Shown: positions 26,330-32,563 of the stretch, piece after piece | How positions within the stretch are numbered: the first letter of the stretch is position 1 | Layout of the letters: each line of letters starts with the position of its first letter | Assembly: GCA_039590175.1 (NCBI GenBank) | Contig: JBDHFW010000001.1 | Coordinates: 1 to 54,649, forward strand | DNA from: Gemmatimonadota bacterium | GTDB lineage: Bacteria; Gemmatimonadota; Gemmatimonadetes; Palauibacterales; Palauibacteraceae | Direction: 5' to 3' | Length of the DNA: 54,649 bases | Position numbers and translations under genes: made by a program | The notes under the pieces: model-generated | Told to the model about the DNA's origin: nothing | What the model saw: the letters and a program-made list of their open reading frames with translations, nothing else | Databases searched by the model: none

Positions 26330-27776
26330 ACGTCACACCCGTCTCCTCGTTGAACGCTTCTATCGCCGCGTCCCACTCGGGGAGCAGAGCGGCCGCTTCG
26401 GTCCAGAAGAGAGGATCCCAGAGGGCGTTCAGCTCCTCGACCGTCTTCCCCTGCTGCTCCACCCAGGTGAAGTACTTGAGGTTGTGGATCGCCTTCCGGT
26501 CCGTGAAGCGCAGCTCCCGGAGGTGATCGGTGGTCGCACCGAGCAGGTAACGTTCGAGATCGGCCGCGGCCTGGCGCTCCGAATACTCCCCACGCTCCTC
26601 GCTCAGCTCCTCCAGTCGGGTTCGGTAGAGATCCACGGAATCGGTGAAGGAGGTGAAGATGATGTCGTGCTCGTCGAGCTCGAAGTAGCGCGCCGTCTTG
26701 ATGGCGGCGAGCGCGTTGCAGATGCTGGAGATGCCGAGGGCCGGCAGTCTCCGGATCACGTCGTTCGGGACTCCGTACTCGGCGAGCACGGGTCGGCCCG
26801 CGGGCTCGTTGAAGAGACGGAGGAGGCGCATCGTCGCCTCGTCATCGATCGCGGTGACCAGATCGGTGTTGCGGACGTTGTGGATCCACGGCACGTGCTT
26901 GTCACCGATCCCCTCGATCCGGTGGGCACCGAATCCGGCCGTGAGCAGGGTGGGGCACTGCAGTGCCTCGGCGGCCGTGATCCGGCATTCCGGGAAGCTG
27001 CGCTTGAGCCGGTCGCCGGCAGCCAGGGTCCCCGCAGAGCCGGTAGCGCCGACCCAGGCGGCGCAACGGTCGCTCTCGACCGCGATGTGCCGGAAGACCG
27101 TCTCTGCTGAGGGTCCCGTCACCCCGTAATGCCAGAGGTAATTCCCGAACTCATCGAACTGATTGAAGATCACCGCGTCGGGCTGGGAGCGGCGCAGCTC
27201 CCAGCACGCGTCGAAGATCTCCTTGACGTTGCTCTCGCTTCCCGGAGTCCGGATGATCTCGGCGCCGATCCCTTCCAGCCAGTCGAAGCGTTCTCGGCTC
27301 ATCTCTTCCGGCAGGATCGCCACGGCTCGGCACCCGAGCAGGGCGCTGTCGAATGCACCGCCCCGGCAGTAGTTCCCGGTGGATGGCCACACGGCACGAT
27401 GGGTCGTGGGGTCGAACTCGCCGGCCACGAGACGAGGCACCAGGCAACCGAAGGCGGCTCCCACCTTGTGCGCGCCCGTGGGGAAGTGCTCCCCGACGAG
27501 ACCCACGATCCGCGCGGGGACGCCTGTCAGCTCCGGTGGGAGCTCCAGATAGTTGACCTCACCGAAGGCTCCGGTGTCCGGGTCGTTATGCCATGTGATC
27601 CGGAAGAGATTGAGCGGGTGCACGGCCTGCATGTCGATATCTGCCAGCTCCGCTACCAAAGACGGATTCAGACCGGAGGGCTCCCTCATCTCGGCGAACG
27701 TGGGGATGAGGATCCTCCGCTCCCTGCATCTCTCGATCGCTCTCTGCCGCACGGCAGAATCTATAATCTGACTCAA
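26319..27776 (-). CDS. Long (485-aa) fold-type-II PLP-dependent enzyme (Trp-synthase-beta / cysteine-synthase superfamily) with a C-terminal extension
   Basis: PTGAHKVGAAF (Lys in a TrpB-like HK context), STGNYCRGGAF, ILPEEMSRERFDWLEGIGAEI. TTG start with a weak SD, so the start is uncertain. The 3' end overlaps the ygeY start by 11 nt. Confidence 0.65.
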   Translation of the reverse strand: MSQIIDSAVRQRAIERCRERRILIPTFAEMREPSGLNPSLVAELADIDMQAVHPLNLFRITWHNDPDTGAFGEVNYLELPPELTGVPARIVGLVGEHFPTGAHKVGAAFGCLVPRLVAGEFDPTTHRAVWPSTGNYCRGGAFDSALLGCRAVAILPEEMSRERFDWLEGIGAEIIRTPGSESNVKEIFDACWELRRSQPDAVIFNQFDEFGNYLWHYGVTGPSAETVFRHIAVESDRCAAWVGATGSAGTLAAGDRLKRSFPECRITAAEALQCPTLLTAGFGAHRIEGIGDKHVPWIHNVRNTDLVTAIDDEATMRLLRLFNEPAGRPVLAEYGVPNDVIRRLPALGISSICNALAAIKTARYFELDEHDIIFTSFTDSVDLYRTRLEELSEERGEYSERQAAADLERYLLGATTDHLRELRFTDRKAIHNLKYFTWVEQQGKTVEELNALWDPLFWTEAAALLPEWDAAIEAFNEETGVTYGG

Positions 27777-27786
27777 GTGTGTAATC

Positions 27787-29163
27787 CTAACCCTCTGATA
27801 AACCGAGATATGGAGTGTTCCAGTCCAGGGCGTGAAAACGCTTCCACAGCGGTGGGGCCAGCTCCCGGGCCCGCGCCGTCAACTCCTCGGGATCGAGGGT
27901 GGTGTGGCGGAAGTCTTCCAGCAACACCCGGCCACGCGCCACCGTGTGCCGCACGGGAGCCTCGCTGGAGCCGTAGACCAGGTGCCCGAACAGGTTCTCT
28001 TCGGAGATCGGGGTCGGAGGCGGGGAATCGACCGAGATGACATCGGCCGGCGCCCCTTCCACCAGTTGGCCGAGGAGCGGCTCCGGAAAGAAGCGCCGCG
28101 CCACGGCGGCGTTGTTGGCCAACAGCTCCGGCAGTGCCTCGAAGCCCGAGAACGGATCACCGGTCGCTCCTCGATGCGTCAGGAAGGCGAAGCGCAGAGC
28201 CCGCAGCATCGAGGCGGAGATGCCGTCCGTGCCCAGGCCGATCGTGCAGCCGAGCGCGGCGGTCCGCGGCACGTTGAGGCGGCCGACGCCGTTGTTGGCG
28301 TTGGATTCCGGGTTGTGGATCAGAGTCGCATCAGCTTCCGCCGCCCGCTCGTAATCCGCCTGCTCCAAGTGGATCGCGTGGGCGAGCAAGGCGCGCTCGT
28401 CCAGCAGGCCGGAGCGTCCGAGCCGCTCTATCGGGCCGGCCCCGAACGCAGCAATGGATGCGCGCACATCCACCGGATCTTCGGCGACGTGAATGTGGCA
28501 GCCCGACCCGGGCGGTCGGCGCTCGGCCACCCGGGCCAGCGTCTCATCCCGGAGCGTGAAGCTGGCGTGGAGGCCGACGACGCCGCGGATCCGAGGGTCA
28601 TCGGCTCGATCGGTCAGGAAGCGCAGGTTCTCTTCGATCCCCGCCCTGGCGCCCTCGGAACCGTTGCGATCCGTGACCTCGTAGCAGAGGAGTGCCGAGA
28701 TCCCGGCTCGGTCGACCGCGTCGGTGATCGCGTGGAGGCTTCCGTCGATGCAGGACGGCGAGGCGTGGTGGTCGAACACGGTGGTGCAGCCGTGCCGTAC
28801 GCACTCGGCGGCCGACAGAAGGGCCGAGATCCGCACGGTTTCGGCGTCGAGCGCGCGGTCCAGCCGCCACCAGAGGCGATCCAGCACCTCCGGGAAGCTT
28901 CGCATCGGCACGCCGGGGTCCAGACCTCTTGCCAGGGCCGAATAGAAGTGATGGTGGATGTTGACCAGGCCGGGCAGGATGATCCCGCCGCGACCATCCA
29001 GGTAGTGCGCGTCGGGGAAACGCGCTCTGATTGCCGATTCCTCGCCAGCGGCGGAGATCCGCTCTCCCGTCCAGGCGACGGCGCCGTGCGGCACGACCTC
29101 GGCAGGGGAGCCGCCCGTCACCAACGTGGCGTTACCCAGGATCCAGGTCTCGAGCTCGCTCAT
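27787..29163 (-). CDS. ssnA: SsnA-type aminohydrolase (amidohydrolase superfamily, guanine/cytosine-deaminase-like)
   Basis: LPGLVNIHHHFYSAL (HxH), HVAE, NPESNANNGVG, GLGTDG. 458 aa. The ATG lies in an ATGA overlap with the upstream amidohydrolase stop. Confidence 0.75.
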   Translation of the reverse strand: MSELETWILGNATLVTGGSPAEVVPHGAVAWTGERISAAGEESAIRARFPDAHYLDGRGGIILPGLVNIHHHFYSALARGLDPGVPMRSFPEVLDRLWWRLDRALDAETVRISALLSAAECVRHGCTTVFDHHASPSCIDGSLHAITDAVDRAGISALLCYEVTDRNGSEGARAGIEENLRFLTDRADDPRIRGVVGLHASFTLRDETLARVAERRPPGSGCHIHVAEDPVDVRASIAAFGAGPIERLGRSGLLDERALLAHAIHLEQADYERAAEADATLIHNPESNANNGVGRLNVPRTAALGCTIGLGTDGISASMLRALRFAFLTHRGATGDPFSGFEALPELLANNAAVARRFFPEPLLGQLVEGAPADVISVDSPPPTPISEENLFGHLVYGSSEAPVRHTVARGRVLLEDFRHTTLDPEELTARARELAPPLWKRFHALDWNTPYLGLSEG

Positions 29164-30563
29164 GTTCCGACCTTCGATTCCCGCCTCACGTGCCGCCCGA
29201 GGCCGGGGTCTCCGAACCACTCGCCATCATCGTCCTCCAGACGGTATACGGGCTGCCCTCGCACGAACGCCCGCCGGACCCGACCGGTCAAGTCGTATCC
29301 ATCCAGCGGCGTATACGGGTTCATGTTGTGGAGATTCTCCGCACTCACCCTCCAGGTCTCATCGTCGGCGAGCCCCACGAGATCCGCGTCGAAGCCGGGC
29401 TCGAGCCTCCCCTTCCGGCTCTCGATGCCGAAGAACCTCGCGGGCGCGGACGCGGTGAGCTCCGTGAGCCGCTCGAGCGTGATCCGCCCTCGGCGGACGC
29501 CCTCCGAGTACAGGTAGGGCAGGGAGAGCTCCACGCCCGGCACGCCGCCGTAGTCGGTCCAGATGGAGCCGGTGTGCTTCTCCTCGGGCCACTGGCCGGC
29601 TGCGTGGTCCGTCGCGACGTAATCCAGCTCTCCCGAGGCGAGCCCCTCCCAGAGGCGATCCCGGTCGGCCTCTCCCTTCACGACAGGCGCCGTCTTGAGC
29701 AGGGCGCCCTGCCGGCGGAGATCATCCGCGGTGAACTCCAAAAAGTGCGGGCAGGTCTCCGCAGACATGGGCAGGCCTTCGTCGCGGGCCGCGGTGACGA
29801 TGTCCAGCGCGGCGCCGGTGGCGAGGTGGACGATGTGCACGCGTGCGCCCGTCTCGCGGCAGAGCTCACTCATCGTTGCGACGGCGGATATCTCCGCGGC
29901 CGGCGGCCGAGACTCTGCGTAGTCCAATGGCTCGTTTCGGCCTTCCGCCCGGATGCGGCTCGTGAGCTCGTGCACGATCTCCCGATCTTCGGCGTGCACG
30001 CCGACGGGAACCCCCTGTCGAGCGATCTCGGCGAGCGCCTCGGCGAGCTGAGAGCGCGACAGATCCCGGAAGGTCTCCATGCCGGAGAGCATGTAGACCT
30101 TGATCGAGGCCACGCCCGCCTCGACGATCTCCGCCAGGTTTCGTCTCCACTCCCGATCGGCCATGGCGTTGGCGGAGACGCCGCCCCACAGCATGAAGTC
30201 GACGTGCGCCTTCGGCTGGATCACCGCCAACTTCGTCCGGAGGTTGTCGGCAGAGGTCACCGGGGGGAGGGAGGTGCAGGGCATGTCGACGATGCAGGTG
30301 ACACCACCGGCGGCGGCCGCACGGGTGCCGGTCTCGAAGTCCTCTCGGTGCGTGAACCCCGGGTCGTCGAAATGGACGTGACCGTCGATGACGCCCGGGA
30401 GGACGAGAAGGCCGCCGAGCTCGACGATCTCTTCGTCCGCCTCCGCCGGCATTGGTTCCGGTGCCGCCATCTCCGCGATCCGGCCGTCGATGACGAGGAT
30501 GGAGGCCGCCCGCGTCTCATCTCCGCCCGCCGGCACCCTGAGGTCGGTGAATCGCTTCTTCAC
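29160..30563 (-). CDS. Cyclic amidohydrolase of the allantoinase / hydantoinase / dihydroorotase family (HyuA/AllB-like)
   Basis: LPGVIDGHVHFDDPG, GGVTCIVDMP, SIKVYM (candidate carbamylated Lys), VHAED, VHIVHL, ETCPHFL, LWEGLASGELDYVATDHA. GTG start in a GTGA overlap with the ygfK-like stop. Confidence 0.8.
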   Translation of the reverse strand: MKKRFTDLRVPAGGDETRAASILVIDGRIAEMAAPEPMPAEADEEIVELGGLLVLPGVIDGHVHFDDPGFTHREDFETGTRAAAAGGVTCIVDMPCTSLPPVTSADNLRTKLAVIQPKAHVDFMLWGGVSANAMADREWRRNLAEIVEAGVASIKVYMLSGMETFRDLSRSQLAEALAEIARQGVPVGVHAEDREIVHELTSRIRAEGRNEPLDYAESRPPAAEISAVATMSELCRETGARVHIVHLATGAALDIVTAARDEGLPMSAETCPHFLEFTADDLRRQGALLKTAPVVKGEADRDRLWEGLASGELDYVATDHAAGQWPEEKHTGSIWTDYGGVPGVELSLPYLYSEGVRRGRITLERLTELTASAPARFFGIESRKGRLEPGFDADLVGLADDETWRVSAENLHNMNPYTPLDGYDLTGRVRRAFVRGQPVYRLEDDDGEWFGDPGLGRHVRRESKVGT

Positions 30564-32563
30564 GAGGGAGACGGGTTCACCGGGTTCGGAGTATCGGAGT
30601 GATAGACCGAGGTCCACACCGTCCGCGCTCGTGCTGCGCCCGCGAGGTCGAGCTCGGCGTCGAGGCTCTCGGCCGCGAGCCGTCCGTTCTCGTCGATCTC
30701 CAGCTCGTACTCCGTGCCGCCCAGGCGCGCGTGCAGCACCTCCCCGGCCCGACAGAAGCCGTCCAGCTCCGATTCGTCGAAGGCGGCGCGCGTCAGGAAG
30801 ACGATCTCCTTCTCGACGAAGGGGGCGCCCGATTCGGGACAATAGACCTCACAGTTGGAGCACTCGTTGCACGCTCCCTCGAATACGGCGAGTTGGTGCG
30901 ACTCCCGGATCGCGAAGCCGTCCACCTCGACGGGGTTGGCCTCGTAGGCGAAGATCGCGTCGTTCGGGCAGGCCTGGATGCAGAGGTCGCAGTTGATGCA
31001 GTCGTACAGCGCCAGGACGCTGTCGATCTGGCGTGGCGGCTTCGAGTTGGCCGAGGCGTGGTAACGTGGATCCTCGACCAGGGAAGGGACGATCTCACGC
31101 CCGTTCAATCGGCCGGCGACACGCGTCGCGTGGAGCACGAGCGCGTCGCCGTCGAGGCCGGCGGCCTCCCCGGCTTCACTGAGCGCGGCGGGCAGCTCGT
31201 CCGGCGAGCTCTCGGCGGTACGGCGCAACCGATCGATCTGCCGGTCGCCCTCGAGCTCTCGCTCGCCCGCGGCGCCCGGGAACGTGATTAGGGTGTCGCT
31301 GACCGCCTCTGCCGCGTGGCCTCCCGCGGCGAGAACATACGCCTCGCGCGACGTGACACCGGTCTTCTGCATCTCCCGGGCGAGCGCCTTCAGGTAGCCC
31401 GGCAGACGGCCGAATCCCCCCTGTCTGAGAAGATCGGTGCAGGTCGTGACCGGGACCATCCCGCAGGCCACGGCCGCCGGGAAGTTCTTGACGTCGATGC
31501 CGGCGGAGAAGGAGACCGGGAACTCGAAGCCGAGATCCTCCCGAAACCGCTGCATGAGGTTCATCGAGATCACGTGCAGGGGTGGGCCCGACACGTACAT
31601 GTAGGGATCGGTCTGGGTCGGGAAGAACTCCGGCTCGTTCTCCACGACGAGCGTGTTCGTGAACTTCGCTCCGACGATCGAGCCCTGCCGCTCGGCCACC
31701 GATCGCAGCCGCCTCAGGATCTCGAGGCCGTCGTCGTACTGCAGGTCGACGTCGAAGGCCTCCCGCCGCAGTCTCAGGTGCGTGTAGCCAAGGCGGTCGA
31801 ACAGGATCTCACGTACCGCCTCGAAGCCCAGCAGGGTCGGGTTCAGCTTGACGATCGTGTGAAGGCCGACGTCTTCGAGCAGGTAGCGGCAGATGGACTC
31901 GATCTGATCGGCCGGGCAGCCGTGGAAGGTGGAAAGCGTGACGGTGTCCGAGATCTGCCGGGGGAGGTCGATCTCCGAGAACTCCGCCAGGTCTCCGCTC
32001 AGCTCTGCGCGCAGGAGTTCGAAGCTCTGCGCCGGATCCTTCATCCCCTCGATGAAGCCGGTCACCTTCTCGCTCCGAATACCCTCGAGGTCGTAGCCGA
32101 CGCTGATGTCGAAGACCGTGTCGAGTCCGTGCTCGGAGGGGAGCCGGCCGAAGGCGCGCGTGGTCTTGAGGATCTCGATCAGATACGTGGCCTTGGCGTA
32201 CTCCGTGAGCGACTCTTCGACGAGGAGCTCCTGCGACCACTCGACGTTGTAGCCGACGTTCGGGACGTGAATGCAGGGACGCGGGATCCGGAGCCGGTCG
32301 TTGACCTGCACGGTCTTGATCTCGATGATCCGGCTTCCCGCCAGCCATGAGAGCACGATGTTCTGGGCGAGCTGGGTGTGCGGCCCAGCCGCCGGGCCTA
32401 CCGGCGTGGACGCGCGGTGCCCGAAGTGAAGCGCCGAGAAGTCCAGTTCGTCGCTCGGAACCCACCACTTGCGGACGGGCAGATCGAATATGGAGTCGGC
32501 CGTCTCGACCTCGCGCCGCATCCGGCGCACGAGGTCGGGGAATGGGATCGGCTGCAGCTCCAT
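30560..32563 (-). CDS. ygfK: Truncated YgfK-like protein: DPD/DHODH-like TIM-barrel domain plus 2x[4Fe-4S] ferredoxin domain, without the GltD-like FAD/NAD(P)H module
   Basis: TPVGPAAGPHTQLAQNIVLSWLAGSRIIEIKTVQ and LSTFHGCPADQIESICRYLLEDVGLHTIVKLNPTLLG match the YgfK N-terminus. The C-terminus carries CINCDLCIQACP and CNECSNCEVYCP. No GxGxxG/A fingerprint was seen. The ATG overlaps the Mo-hydroxylase stop (TGATG). Confidence 0.75.
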   Translation of the reverse strand: MELQPIPFPDLVRRMRREVETADSIFDLPVRKWWVPSDELDFSALHFGHRASTPVGPAAGPHTQLAQNIVLSWLAGSRIIEIKTVQVNDRLRIPRPCIHVPNVGYNVEWSQELLVEESLTEYAKATYLIEILKTTRAFGRLPSEHGLDTVFDISVGYDLEGIRSEKVTGFIEGMKDPAQSFELLRAELSGDLAEFSEIDLPRQISDTVTLSTFHGCPADQIESICRYLLEDVGLHTIVKLNPTLLGFEAVREILFDRLGYTHLRLRREAFDVDLQYDDGLEILRRLRSVAERQGSIVGAKFTNTLVVENEPEFFPTQTDPYMYVSGPPLHVISMNLMQRFREDLGFEFPVSFSAGIDVKNFPAAVACGMVPVTTCTDLLRQGGFGRLPGYLKALAREMQKTGVTSREAYVLAAGGHAAEAVSDTLITFPGAAGERELEGDRQIDRLRRTAESSPDELPAALSEAGEAAGLDGDALVLHATRVAGRLNGREIVPSLVEDPRYHASANSKPPRQIDSVLALYDCINCDLCIQACPNDAIFAYEANPVEVDGFAIRESHQLAVFEGACNECSNCEVYCPESGAPFVEKEIVFLTRAAFDESELDGFCRAGEVLHARLGGTEYELEIDENGRLAAESLDAELDLAGAARARTVWTSVYHSDTPNPVNPSPS

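Noticed and set aside
27832-30602. Two long plus-strand ORFs (27832..29517 and 29031..30602) across the ssnA and amidohydrolase genes.
   Set aside because: They are antisense to genes with HxH / HAED / DHxx amidohydrolase motifs. They have no motifs of their own and are extremely Arg/Pro/Gly-rich.
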